This document shows, in pieces, positions 1-8,375 of a DNA stretch of 40,824 nt (within the stretch, counting starts at the first letter, position 1; each line of letters opens with the position of its first letter). The notes beneath the pieces are model-generated. The model saw only the letters and a program-made list of their open reading frames with translations, was not told the origin of the DNA and searched no databases. Origin of the DNA: a virus (taxonomy: Duplodnaviria > Caudoviricetes); IMG/VR virus record IMGVR_UViG_3300004776_000003, positions 1 to 40,824 of that record, one strand, 5' to 3'. The translations under genes and the position numbers were made by a program.

Positions 1-546
1 CCCCTGTGCCATGGGCATAGGCGGTAGCATCGGTGGTGGCATTGGGGGCGGAGGAGGTTTTTGTTTGTTACCTGACTCGTTTATCAAAACCAAATATTCT
101 GAGGAGTTGAAGATAGCACTCCACGAATTGTCTACGAAATTATCGACGATGAACCCTGGGGAATGAATGTAATTGGATTGCCAGGCAGCGGCCTCAGCAT
201 CTCCTTCAGCTTCGAGAAGTGCAGACAGTGGATCCTTTCTGGAATAGCTTCCAGTATAGCCCAGTCGTCCTGCCTTCTTCCACTCTTCCCATTCCCGTAT
301 TCCTATCTGAGATAAATATAATGCTTCCAGTAATTCCCACTGAGACTTGTAATCGTTCATAAACGCTCTTGAGGATTTACAAAAACTACTCACATAGTCC
401 TTGGCTACCTCTATAAAAGCAGGACTTGGAGGAGGTGCTTCAGCCGGCCTTTTAACTGGACTTGGAAGTGCAAGACTCAAAGGCATCTTCATCGGGAGGG
501 AGGGTGTATTCGATGGTTGAACCGGAAGTTCCGGAAACTGAAGCAT
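1..546 (-). CDS. Probable portal protein, N-terminal 182 aa (runs off left edge); not in the supplied ORF track
   Basis: ATG at 546 with GGAGGA RBS (551-556). Open frame MLQFPELP...SSRAFMNDYKSQWELLEALY...WQSNYIHSPGFIVDNFVDNSWSAIF resembles the N-terminal W..Y..W.S..V..LF pattern of P22/podovirus-type portals. It is the first gene of the leftward arm. Confidence 0.55.
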   Translation of the reverse strand, partial: MLQFPELPVQPSNTPSLPMKMPLSLALPSPVKRPAEAPPPSPAFIEVAKDYVSSFCKSSRAFMNDYKSQWELLEALYLSQIGIREWEEWKKAGRLGYTGSYSRKDPLSALLEAEGDAEAAAWQSNYIHSPGFIVDNFVDNSWSAIFNSSEYLVLINESGNKQKPPPPPMPPPMLPPMPMAQG

Positions 547-727
547 TTATTCCTCCTAGTCCAAAACTATCAGCTATTGTAGGGCTATGTGCTAATTAAT
601 TAAAATACAATAGGTTTCTTAAAGATATAAAGTATTTAAATCAACTCGTTCTTTTTTTCTTGACATACATAAAAAAATAGGATATGGACGCTCCTATAAA
701 ACAGTAAGGATGAAGGGAGGTGTGAAG
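547..727. promoter_or_regulatory. AT-rich divergent control region with a rightward sigma70-like promoter
   Basis: TTGACA (660-665)-17 nt-TATGGA (683-688). Possible leftward TTTAAT-17-TACAAT. Lies between the two divergent arms. Confidence 0.5.
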
Positions 728-1015
728 ATGTATCTTACGCGTAGAGAGATTTTGGATGAGATGAACCTGAGAAAGTATGGACTGGGAGTGACTAATGCTG
801 CCAGGTTCCTACATGATTTTTTCCAGGTGCTTCGGCAAAGTATGTGTAGAACTCACAAAAGCTACCGGGAAAAATACTTCGGTGCCTGGAAGGTTGCATA
901 TTGGCCGGCCCGAAGATTCACAAACCACATCACAAAAAAGACAGACGATTACCCCGCCAGTTTCAGGTTGCGATTCGCAGCCTCTTCACGATTCAAAAAG
1001 GAGCTGAATAAATGA
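728..1015 (+). CDS. HU/IHF-family histone-like DNA-binding protein
   Basis: LTRREI helix, FGAWKV..PARR..N..T arm, A...L.F.AS..FKKELN tail and 95-aa length all fit HU/IHF. GGAGGT RBS before ATG 728. Confidence 0.75.
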   Translation: MYLTRREILDEMNLRKYGLGVTNAARFLHDFFQVLRQSMCRTHKSYREKYFGAWKVAYWPARRFTNHITKKTDDYPASFRLRFAASSRFKKELNK

Positions 1016-1950
1016 CGAATTTGCCGGAGACAATAGCATGGAGCCCGCAGATGGCGGCTTTAGTCAAGACGAAATACAATGATGTATTTCAGAGTATTGC
1101 TGAATTTCAAGCCTACCGTTATTGCTGTGAACATACTGGCCTAGATCCGTTAATTCCCGAACTTTGGCCCGTAAGGTATGGTGGAAAGAACCCCAAGATC
1201 GTTTACCAAACCTCGATTGAAGGCTACATCAAGATGGCCATTAAGAGCGGCCACTATGGAGGCTTTCTTCCACCAGCGTGCGTGGTGAGATTCAGAGATG
1301 CCACTAAAGGAGAAGATCTTTTTGAAATCCCTATGAGTCTATACGATGCCAAGAAGCATGAGCTTGTTCGTGCCATCGCCAGGGTAATTAACAAGGAGTT
1401 TCCAGTTCCGCAGGAGTACTTCGCGGACCTCAGTTTCTACAAGAAGAGCGGCGATCAGTTCAGCAATTTTTGGGGCCCAGCAGGTGAGCCTCTAATGCTT
1501 TACAAGTGCGCCCAGGCCGTAGCACTTCGTAGGACGTTCCCCAACGAAACGAGGGGAGTTTACACACAGGAGGAGATGCACCAGGCTGATGAGAAGTTCA
1601 CTGCCACTGTTACCATAGAGAAGCCAGTTAAAAAAGCTCTACCTCCGCCGATGGCACCGCATGTTCCCGAGGACATCGAGCCTCCACCTCCCAAGCCCAA
1701 GTCTCCCCCTGTTATTTCAGTTCAGGAAGAGAAGTGGAAAAAGATCACAGACTATCTGGCAAAGAACGGGTGTACCGAGGAGGGCATTGATTGGGTATGG
1801 GAAACTGTTGTTGCAGCCTACGCTGTCGATGCTATCTGGGATATCCCTGAAGTAGAGATGGAAACAGTGAAAAAGTATGTGTGGGCTGAATTGATTCCGC
1901 AACTGATTGACAACGAAATGATGCCCCCCATCCTCAAGAAAGGAAAGTAA
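1012..1950 (+). CDS. recT: RecT/Bet-family ssDNA annealing protein
   Basis: GLDP..ELW.V.YG, TSIEGY..MA..SG.Y.G, MLYKCA.A.ALRR.FP, GVYT.EEM motifs. Confidence 0.85.
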   Translation: MTNLPETIAWSPQMAALVKTKYNDVFQSIAEFQAYRYCCEHTGLDPLIPELWPVRYGGKNPKIVYQTSIEGYIKMAIKSGHYGGFLPPACVVRFRDATKGEDLFEIPMSLYDAKKHELVRAIARVINKEFPVPQEYFADLSFYKKSGDQFSNFWGPAGEPLMLYKCAQAVALRRTFPNETRGVYTQEEMHQADEKFTATVTIEKPVKKALPPPMAPHVPEDIEPPPPKPKSPPVISVQEEKWKKITDYLAKNGCTEEGIDWVWETVVAAYAVDAIWDIPEVEMETVKKYVWAELIPQLIDNEMMPPILKKGK

Positions 1951-3134
1951 TGGAGCTTACCCCACTCTCAAAAAGTCGTTATGGGGTATGGGAGAAATGC
2001 CACTGGCGGGCTGCATCGGAATACATTGATAAGATCCGGCCCGCCGCTGGGCCTGCTGCCGCTCTTGGTAGAAAGCTCCACGCCCTCCGTAGGAGAGTTC
2101 TTATAGGAACTCTTAACCTAGATACTGCCGTAAGAAACCTTGATAAAGCTGCTCAGGATATCCTCTATGAGTCCATAATGATGGATGAGTATGCAGGCTA
2201 TCCTAACCAGTATTTTGAGAAAGATATCAAAATTGGAATGGACAGTACTTTGGCTCGTCGCGGAAACAAAGCTGTGGCTCGGGCAATTCTTGATAGGATT
2301 ATTCCTATAGACAGACAACACGCCATAGTTGAAGACCTCAAAACAGGCCGCTGGATAGTTGACGACGTTTTTGAGAGGCACCTCTATGTCCTGGCCTACG
2401 TAGTTGCCTATGGACCCACTGTCCATATAAAGTTTTCTAGGGTTTACCCCCAGGTTAAACAAACACAGCATTGGAATTATGAACGGCTAGAACGAGGAGA
2501 CTATTTTGCCTACCGCTGCGTGGAGGATAACGAAACCATAAACCTCTGGGACTGGTTCCTAGAGAAGTGGCGGGATGTCTGCCTCTCTTCCCCGGACCCT
2601 AACCCCGGAGATCAATGCCTTAACTGGTATGGCGCCCCGTGTTACTTCCTCGACAAGAACTGCCCTATTTCATTTTATGCTCCCGTGGAAATGAGCGAGC
2701 ACCAGATAATAGGAAACGCACCATTGGATGCTCTCGTGCAGGTGAGGCGATCCGAAGCTATAGCAGCCATTCCCGAGGATATTATCTCCGCTGCTTACAT
2801 TGCTGTTAAGTCTTTTCAATCAGGCCTCAGTGACGTTGAGAAGAAGGTTAAGGACTGGTGCAAGATAAACAAGAGAACTTTCAAGATCGGCATAGATGAG
2901 TATGGTTGGAGTGAGAAGCCTGGGGAGATCTGGCAGAAAGGGAAGATCATCGAGTTCCTTCAGTCGCAGGGAGTTGATACCTACGGCCTAGGGAAGGCTA
3001 TCAATATCTCCAGATCTTCTCTTAACTACCTTCCAAAAGAACACCACCACCTTATTGATACCATTTTAGAGAGCTTTGTGTTAGAGGGGAACAGAGGCAA
3101 AAGCACCTTTGGGAAGGTAACAAATGAACAATGA
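1950..3134 (+). CDS. PD-(D/E)XK (RecB/Cas4-like) exonuclease
   Basis: S.S......C near N-term, G..LH, ILDRI...IVEDLKTG, C-terminal C..CP; adjacent to recT. Confidence 0.75.
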   Translation: MELTPLSKSRYGVWEKCHWRAASEYIDKIRPAAGPAAALGRKLHALRRRVLIGTLNLDTAVRNLDKAAQDILYESIMMDEYAGYPNQYFEKDIKIGMDSTLARRGNKAVARAILDRIIPIDRQHAIVEDLKTGRWIVDDVFERHLYVLAYVVAYGPTVHIKFSRVYPQVKQTQHWNYERLERGDYFAYRCVEDNETINLWDWFLEKWRDVCLSSPDPNPGDQCLNWYGAPCYFLDKNCPISFYAPVEMSEHQIIGNAPLDALVQVRRSEAIAAIPEDIISAAYIAVKSFQSGLSDVEKKVKDWCKINKRTFKIGIDEYGWSEKPGEIWQKGKIIEFLQSQGVDTYGLGKAINISRSSLNYLPKEHHHLIDTILESFVLEGNRGKSTFGKVTNEQ

Positions 3135-3357
3135 GGAAAAGAAAGTAAGCCAACTACGAATCCACCATATCTTTGAAAAGATTCACACCCAGTTGCAAGA
3201 GCTTAGACTTGAGATAGAGTCACAAAGAGATCCTGTCACAATGGAGTTCATTGGGCAGATAGAGATTGCCATCTTGAAACCTGTCCATGGGTTAAGGGTG
3301 TATATGACAACAGGTGAATTTCTCAAGTATGAACCGGCAAAAACCCCATGGAGATAG
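3124..3357 (+). CDS. Hypothetical protein
   Basis: ORF overlapping both neighbours within the operon. Confidence 0.55.
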   Translation: MNNEEKKVSQLRIHHIFEKIHTQLQELRLEIESQRDPVTMEFIGQIEIAILKPVHGLRVYMTTGEFLKYEPAKTPWR

Positions 3358-3806
3358 CAATAGATCCTGGAATCACTGCGACGGGTGTGGTTATTTTCTC
3401 AGGTGGAAAGGCTATTCTAACAAAAACCTTTCGGCCAAAGAAGCGCGACGATCCGATAAGAGTTAGGCGACAACAGATTGTGGATGCTCTCTTAGCCTGG
3501 ATATCGGATGTGTCTCTTTCTCGTGAAAGTAAAATCACTGTCATTGCAGTCGAAGAGCCTGGTATGTGGGGCAGGCAAGGCAAAGGCAGTAATCCCACTC
3601 TCCGCATTTTTCATCACTTCAATGGATACCTTCTGGGGAGATTAGATGTTTATTGTCTGGACAGTGACATTAGGCTCCGAGAGATTAGTAAAGGAACCAA
3701 GAAGAAGGAAGAGGCTTGTATGGTTGCAGCATCTAAAGGCTTCGAAGGTGACGCCCACCAAGTTGATGCTTTCTACATTGGGGCCTTGGGAGGTTTCGTT
3801 GCCTAA
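3348..3806 (+). CDS. RuvC-like Holliday junction resolvase
   Basis: IAIDPGITATG, IAVEEP, HQVDA acidic catalytic motifs. Confidence 0.8.
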   Translation: MEIAIDPGITATGVVIFSGGKAILTKTFRPKKRDDPIRVRRQQIVDALLAWISDVSLSRESKITVIAVEEPGMWGRQGKGSNPTLRIFHHFNGYLLGRLDVYCLDSDIRLREISKGTKKKEEACMVAASKGFEGDAHQVDAFYIGALGGFVA

Positions 3807-4167
3807 AGAACAAAGTGTTGAACTCCTCAGCTCGAAATATGTCTCCCCTTCTCATGCCGACAACAAGGCCGATAAAGTCCTTGTGAGTGTTTTGTCTGTA
3901 GTTGAGGAGGCTATCAACCGGGGACAGTTCGAGCTGAAGGACATTGAAGCGATCTCCGCCGGCCTCATAGTTGTAGGACTCCGGGCTGGAGAGAAACAAC
4001 GAACTCGAAACAAGATCAATTCCGTAGACAAGCAAATCAACCGCATCATGCAGCTAATCAAAATTCGAGAAGAACTGGATGTCCAAAGGCAAATAAACAC
4101 GCATGTCAAGGACTTAGAATCTAAGATTGAGGCTCTAACAGAGGCATCCAAGAATGTCAAAAGTTGA
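3799..4167 (+). CDS. Candidate terminase small subunit (helical/coiled-coil), TTG start
   Basis: GGAGGT RBS (3789-3794) before TTG 3799; directly upstream of and overlapping TerL. Function inferred from position only. Confidence 0.4.
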   Translation: MPKEQSVELLSSKYVSPSHADNKADKVLVSVLSVVEEAINRGQFELKDIEAISAGLIVVGLRAGEKQRTRNKINSVDKQINRIMQLIKIREELDVQRQINTHVKDLESKIEALTEASKNVKS

Positions 4168-5881
4168 CGCAAAAACCCTCGACAAGTTATCCAAGGCAGT
4201 AGACGCTCTTGTTAATTTAAAGAAAAACACCCCTGAAAAAGAATACGACAACATGGCCAGATGGATTCAGAAAAACCTCTGGATAAAGCCCAAAGGTGGG
4301 GGGTTGCAACGATTTGTTTTGAATCGGTTCCAAAAGCGGTTACTGGCGGCTCTTGTCAAAAACTTCAAACAGAAGAAGCCGGTGAGGTTCATTGTCCTCA
4401 AGTCGCGGCAGGTTGGAATATCAACTCTTGTCGAGGCTTTCATGTTCTACTTACTCACCAAATACCCATCCACCACGGGCCTCGTCTTGGCCCACAGAAA
4501 TGATTCAACAAGGAACGTGTTCACTATAGCCCGCCGATTCTGGCAGAACCTCTCGAAGGAAGAGAAGATACCGCTGGAAGGCGGACGCCCGGCCAAGGAT
4601 CATATCGAGTTTATGCCACCGCACTCCTCGGCCTTTTGGGTAATGACTGCCGGCGGTGACGAAATAGGGAGAAGCTGGACACTGAACTTTGTCCACTGTT
4701 CGGAGATGGCCTTTTTCCCGAACCCCGAGCTTACACTCACCTCCCTCAACCAAGCCGTCCCTAAGCCCTCTGAGACGTGGTTCTCGATGTATGTGATCGA
4801 GTCCACGGCCAACGGCCTAAACCTGTTTAAAACCTACTGGGATTTAGCTAAGACGGAAGAGTCGGACTGGCAGGGTTTTTTCTTTTCATGGGTAGATGAT
4901 CCAGCTTGCTCGCTTGAACTACCCCCTGGCCAAGAGCTGAAAAAATCCAAGACAGAGATAGAGTTTCAACTAAAACATCACTGGACAGACGGACAGCTCC
5001 TATGGGCGAGAAAGACATGCCAGGATCAGTGTCATGGGAGCTGGCCGAAATTCTTCCAAGAGTATCCCCCGGATGAGCACACAGCCTTTATTTCCACCGG
5101 GTTCAACGTGTTCGATCCTGAGACTATAGGCAACATGAAAGACGTGGCTGTTAAGACGCCCTCGATCTTCACTGGAGAGATTAAGTTTCTGAGCGCAACT
5201 GAGCCCTACCCGAAACTCGTGGACACCCCGATGGGCTCTCTGACAATCTGGGAGAAGCCCGACACTAATGAAGAGTATGTCCTGGGCGTGGACTGTAGCG
5301 AGGGGATCGGCGCGGACTATTCGGAGATCGTTGTGCTCTCCACCAGAAAAGTGAAGGTTGTCGCGCATTACCGTAATAACCGCATCAAACCTCAAGATTT
5401 CGGTATAGCTTGCTGGCTCCTAGGGGCCTATTATTATTATGGGCTCCTGGGAGTTGAAAGAAATGCCGTGGGCCTTGTTATCCTGGCTGTAGTGGAACAC
5501 GGCCATGGGGATCGCCAGAAATACCCGCAGCTCCGTCGATATCCCAACCTGTATTACGAAACACCCCTGGATAAGAAAACCGTTGAAGAAGGGAACAGGT
5601 TAGGATTCAACACATCGAGAACATCTAAAAAGAATGCCATCGTGAGGCTGGGTGAGCTTATCTCAGACAGAGACATAAAGATATACTCTATACCGTTACT
5701 AACACAGCTCGAAGGACTAATATGGAGCCCCAAAGACGATAACTACATGCAAGAGAATAAAGACCCAGTCTCAGAACTATACAATGATGATGGTGTAATG
5801 TCATTATCTATTGCTAATGCAATGAGAGCATACAATTTTGGCAGAGGCTTCTGCCCCAAACCAACAAGGGAGGATTTCTAA
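4154..5881 (+). CDS. terL: Terminase large subunit
   Basis: LNRFQ, Walker A VLKSRQVGIST, Walker B FVHCSE, coupling motif ESTANG, nuclease YVLGVD..EG...DYS, VERN, DDGVMS. Confidence 0.92.
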   Translation: MSKVDAKTLDKLSKAVDALVNLKKNTPEKEYDNMARWIQKNLWIKPKGGGLQRFVLNRFQKRLLAALVKNFKQKKPVRFIVLKSRQVGISTLVEAFMFYLLTKYPSTTGLVLAHRNDSTRNVFTIARRFWQNLSKEEKIPLEGGRPAKDHIEFMPPHSSAFWVMTAGGDEIGRSWTLNFVHCSEMAFFPNPELTLTSLNQAVPKPSETWFSMYVIESTANGLNLFKTYWDLAKTEESDWQGFFFSWVDDPACSLELPPGQELKKSKTEIEFQLKHHWTDGQLLWARKTCQDQCHGSWPKFFQEYPPDEHTAFISTGFNVFDPETIGNMKDVAVKTPSIFTGEIKFLSATEPYPKLVDTPMGSLTIWEKPDTNEEYVLGVDCSEGIGADYSEIVVLSTRKVKVVAHYRNNRIKPQDFGIACWLLGAYYYYGLLGVERNAVGLVILAVVEHGHGDRQKYPQLRRYPNLYYETPLDKKTVEEGNRLGFNTSRTSKKNAIVRLGELISDRDIKIYSIPLLTQLEGLIWSPKDDNYMQENKDPVSELYNDDGVMSLSIANAMRAYNFGRGFCPKPTREDF

Positions 5882-6123
5882 TGTCGATGCTTCAAGAAGA
5901 TTACATCTGTGGAAACTGTTTATTCTTCGTAGTCAACACACCGGGGGGCGGAGCTGGAGAATGCCGGTTTCACCCTGCCTCTGAAAAAACAGCAACAACT
6001 TCCGTGCTTAAATGGTGCGGCCAAGGCCAATGGTTTAACGAAGATCAAATGATGTATGACGCATACGGAGACTGGATTTACAGAGGTAGAGACGAGGAAG
6101 ATTGTGAGTCCTGTCATGCTTAA
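5881..6123 (+). CDS. Small Cys4 protein, HiPIP-like motif
   Basis: CGNCLFF...GECRFHP...WCGQGQW. Confidence 0.65.
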   Translation: MSMLQEDYICGNCLFFVVNTPGGGAGECRFHPASEKTATTSVLKWCGQGQWFNEDQMMYDAYGDWIYRGRDEEDCESCHA

Positions 6124-6146
6124 TTTCAAAAACATGAAAATAACTC

Positions 6147-6175
6147 TTGACATTTGGAAAAGAACCTGGTATTGA
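6147..6175 (+). promoter_or_regulatory. Sigma70-like promoter
   Basis: TTGACA (6147-6152)-17 nt-TATTGA (6170-6175) preceded by TGG; same TATnGA-type -10 as the promoter at 660. Confidence 0.55.
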
Positions 6176-6179
6176 ACTT

Positions 6180-6254
6180 CCCGGGTTAGTTAGTTTTGTG
6201 TGCGAGATTGGGCCTTACCGTGTTTCCTTTCCCCCAGTCTCGCACTTTTTTTTT
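6180..6254 (+). ncRNA. Candidate ~75-nt small RNA ending in an intrinsic terminator, with an anti-Shine-Dalgarno loop
   Basis: 13-bp stem 6200-6212/6233-6245, 20-nt loop CCTTACCGTGTTTCCTTTCC, then T9 (6246-6254); promoter immediately upstream. Confidence 0.55.
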
Positions 6255-6271
6255 ACAAGAGAGGGTGTAAA

Positions 6272-6694
6272 ATGACAAGAAGAAGGGGTGTTGTCTATGA
6301 TGTGACGTGTCTCATCTGTGAAACTAAATTTCAATCAACATACAGTCACCATCTTTATTGCTCTTCCCCTTGCCGCATAAAAGCCAAATCTCTCAGAGAG
6401 ATTCAGCGTCGCAAAGAAAACAGAAAAGTTAATCCTCTCCCCAGAAAAACCAAACCACCTAAACTACCACAAAAATCTAAAGAGAAAGATAATAGTCTTG
6501 AGCTTGTCCGAATTGGTTTGAGAAAGATCGTGGCAGGTTACATAGAGTGCCTTCGTTGTGGCAGGATCTTTAAGTCCAAAGACATCCGCAACACAAGGAT
6601 ATGCCTCACCTGTCATAACAACGTACCGGACATTGCGGACCTCGGTGGGTATGAAGTCAACACCTGGGGAGCAAACGGAAAAAGGAGAAGATAA
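6272..6694 (+). CDS. Zinc-finger protein
   Basis: CxxC..YCSxxC and CxxC..CxxC motifs. ATG 6272 (GAGGG RBS) preferred over GTG 6200. Confidence 0.65.
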   Translation: MTRRRGVVYDVTCLICETKFQSTYSHHLYCSSPCRIKAKSLREIQRRKENRKVNPLPRKTKPPKLPQKSKEKDNSLELVRIGLRKIVAGYIECLRCGRIFKSKDIRNTRICLTCHNNVPDIADLGGYEVNTWGANGKRRR

Positions 6695-6876
6695 TGCAAA
6701 CGTCTACCGCTACAAAAAAATCCTACGTCATCACGATAAGCATCAGCGAGGGAGAGGCTGCTCTCCTACGGAATGTTTATCGTGAGATAGTAAAAAGACT
6801 TGTCCTCTCTCCTGAGGAAACAGAGGCAGTCAAAGCCATTTGTATGGCTATTCCAAAACCAGAGGAGAGTCTATAA
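6694..6876 (+). CDS. Hypothetical protein
   Basis: TAATG coupling on both sides, AAGGAG RBS. Confidence 0.6.
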   Translation: MQTSTATKKSYVITISISEGEAALLRNVYREIVKRLVLSPEETEAVKAICMAIPKPEESL

Positions 6877-7559
6877 TGGAGTCCGCTCCCAAATTGTCAG
6901 TAACCGAGGAGAAGGATGGCCTCCTTGTCCTCTCCTCCCCTGCCGCCCCCCGGTTCAAACTATTTTCCATGGGACTAGGGTATGCCGATCCAACTGTAGA
7001 CGAATCTCTTCATGCCTGCGTCCTGGCCGGCAAGACTTCGGATGATCGCATAATTATCATGGCTGAGTTTCTGGGAATCCTCGATGACGTGCTCTGGGAA
7101 TGTGTGAACCTGAAGGACAGGTTCCTCGTGAAGAGGTTGTGGGTTGACACGAGGGACAAGGAACTCCTCCGACTCATCCTGGATATGGACGGCCTCACCA
7201 AATACCGGAACCTGGGACTGGATAATTTCGGATCGCCTATCTACGAACATTTGGCAACAACCTGGCCTTGGTTTCAAAGTCGAGATACCCTCCTCTTTGT
7301 CACAGGCGTTCCAGGCTTCATCCAAGCCTCGCCACTGGGCGGAATAGATAGGCTCGTGGGAATGGTTAAGAAAGGTGAGCTTACGCTCCACTCGTCTTGT
7401 GGGCAGTGTGCGTGGATCCTCGATCAACAAACTGTCGGGGAGGTTATCAAGAGGCCACTGACGAAGGCTATGGTTTATGCCATTAATGGGTTCAGCTCCG
7501 AGGATGAGGCTGATAGGAAACCTTTTAAGCCGACAAACATTTATGGAAATTTGACATGA
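6876..7559 (+). CDS. Terminase RNase H-like nuclease-domain homolog, apparently lacking catalytic acids
   Basis: MGLGYADP...ACVLAGK..DDRIIIMAEF...WVD...GIDRL......L.LH..C...AMVYA follows the TerL C-terminal domain layout. Confidence 0.45.
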   Translation: MESAPKLSVTEEKDGLLVLSSPAAPRFKLFSMGLGYADPTVDESLHACVLAGKTSDDRIIIMAEFLGILDDVLWECVNLKDRFLVKRLWVDTRDKELLRLILDMDGLTKYRNLGLDNFGSPIYEHLATTWPWFQSRDTLLFVTGVPGFIQASPLGGIDRLVGMVKKGELTLHSSCGQCAWILDQQTVGEVIKRPLTKAMVYAINGFSSEDEADRKPFKPTNIYGNLT

Positions 7560-8374
7560 CTGCCTCACCAGATTGGGTAAAAATTTGTCGCTCCATTGAT
7601 AAGTATGGGGATGATCCTATTCGTCTAAAGGCATGGCTATATCTGATCTTAGATGCAAAATGGAACGGAACAGAAATTGGGACAATAACCACCACATGGA
7701 CGAAGTTGGCAATAAGGTGGGGGCTCTATACAAAAACAAGTAGAGGAGAAGTTCCCAACATCAACCAAGCCAAAAGACTTGTTAAAGAGATGGAGGAAGA
7801 TGGCCGAGTTGAGAGGTGTAAGCAAGTTGTAAGCAATGTGTCAGCAAAGTGTAAGCAAGAGGTGTCTTTATTGCTTATTAATTACGCTAACATACAAGGC
7901 AAGAGCGAAGAGGCTGTAAGCAATGTGTCAGCAAGTTGTAAGCAAAGTGTAAGCAGCGACGAGAACGAGCCGCTCCCAGTAACAGTTTTAGAGCCCCTAA
8001 GAATTAAGAAGAAAGAATTAAGAACTAATACAGAGAAGAATAAGAGGGGGAGTACAGAGGGGGAGGGGGAGCCGGCTTCGGCCTCGCCTTCGCCTATTGT
8101 TAAAACCGTAACCAAGAAAAAAGTCCTTTTGGATAGAGCCAAAATAAAAGAGATTTTAGACGAGATAGAGCTTAACTTGGACCCATTCAAAGAAATTTAT
8201 GGAAATTATCCTGTTTTAGATACCTGGGGATGGTTTTATGAGGCTTGTCTCGACGGTACAGCAAAAAAGCCCGGAGTTAACCCTTACAAGTATGTCAATT
8301 TTAGGGCCGCCTTTAGCAACTGGTTAAAGAAGGCGTACCCACTTGCATCAATTTCCGATGAAGAGGAAGACTAA
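7556..8374 (+). CDS. Phage replication initiator (lambda O/replisome-organizer-like)
   Basis: N-terminal WVKI.R.I...WLYLIL.A winged-helix-like region, internal iterons, C-terminal F.NWLKK; directly upstream of dnaB. Confidence 0.8.
   Translation: MTASPDWVKICRSIDKYGDDPIRLKAWLYLILDAKWNGTEIGTITTTWTKLAIRWGLYTKTSRGEVPNINQAKRLVKEMEEDGRVERCKQVVSNVSAKCKQEVSLLLINYANIQGKSEEAVSNVSASCKQSVSSDENEPLPVTVLEPLRIKKKELRTNTEKNKRGSTEGEGEPASASPSPIVKTVTKKKVLLDRAKIKEILDEIELNLDPFKEIYGNYPVLDTWGWFYEACLDGTAKKPGVNPYKYVNFRAAFSNWLKKAYPLASISDEEED
7817..7956 (+). repeat. Replication-origin iterons: 2 blocks of 4 x TGT(A/C)AGCA(A) with 11-bp period
   Basis: Copies start at 7817, 7828, 7839, 7850 and 7915, 7926, 7937, 7948. 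Partial inverted copy at 7871-7877; A-rich tract at about 7999-8045. Confidence 0.8.
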
Positions 8375-8375
8375 G

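Noticed and set aside
1950-3134. Cas4-like nuclease as evidence of a CRISPR system
   Set aside because: No array or other cas genes seen; adjacency to recT indicates a recombination exonuclease
6181-6199. 5' arm of the candidate sRNA (GGTTAG) pairing with CTAAC upstream of target RBSs
   Set aside because: Wrong polarity for a simple antiparallel duplex together with the loop seed
6200-6271. GTG-initiated N-terminal extension of the Zn-finger ORF
   Set aside because: It overlaps the hairpin/terminator; ATG 6272 has a better RBS
7817-7956. Repeats considered as a CRISPR or mini-array
   Set aside because: 9-bp units with 2-nt spacers inside an initiator gene fit iterons; there are no unique spacers
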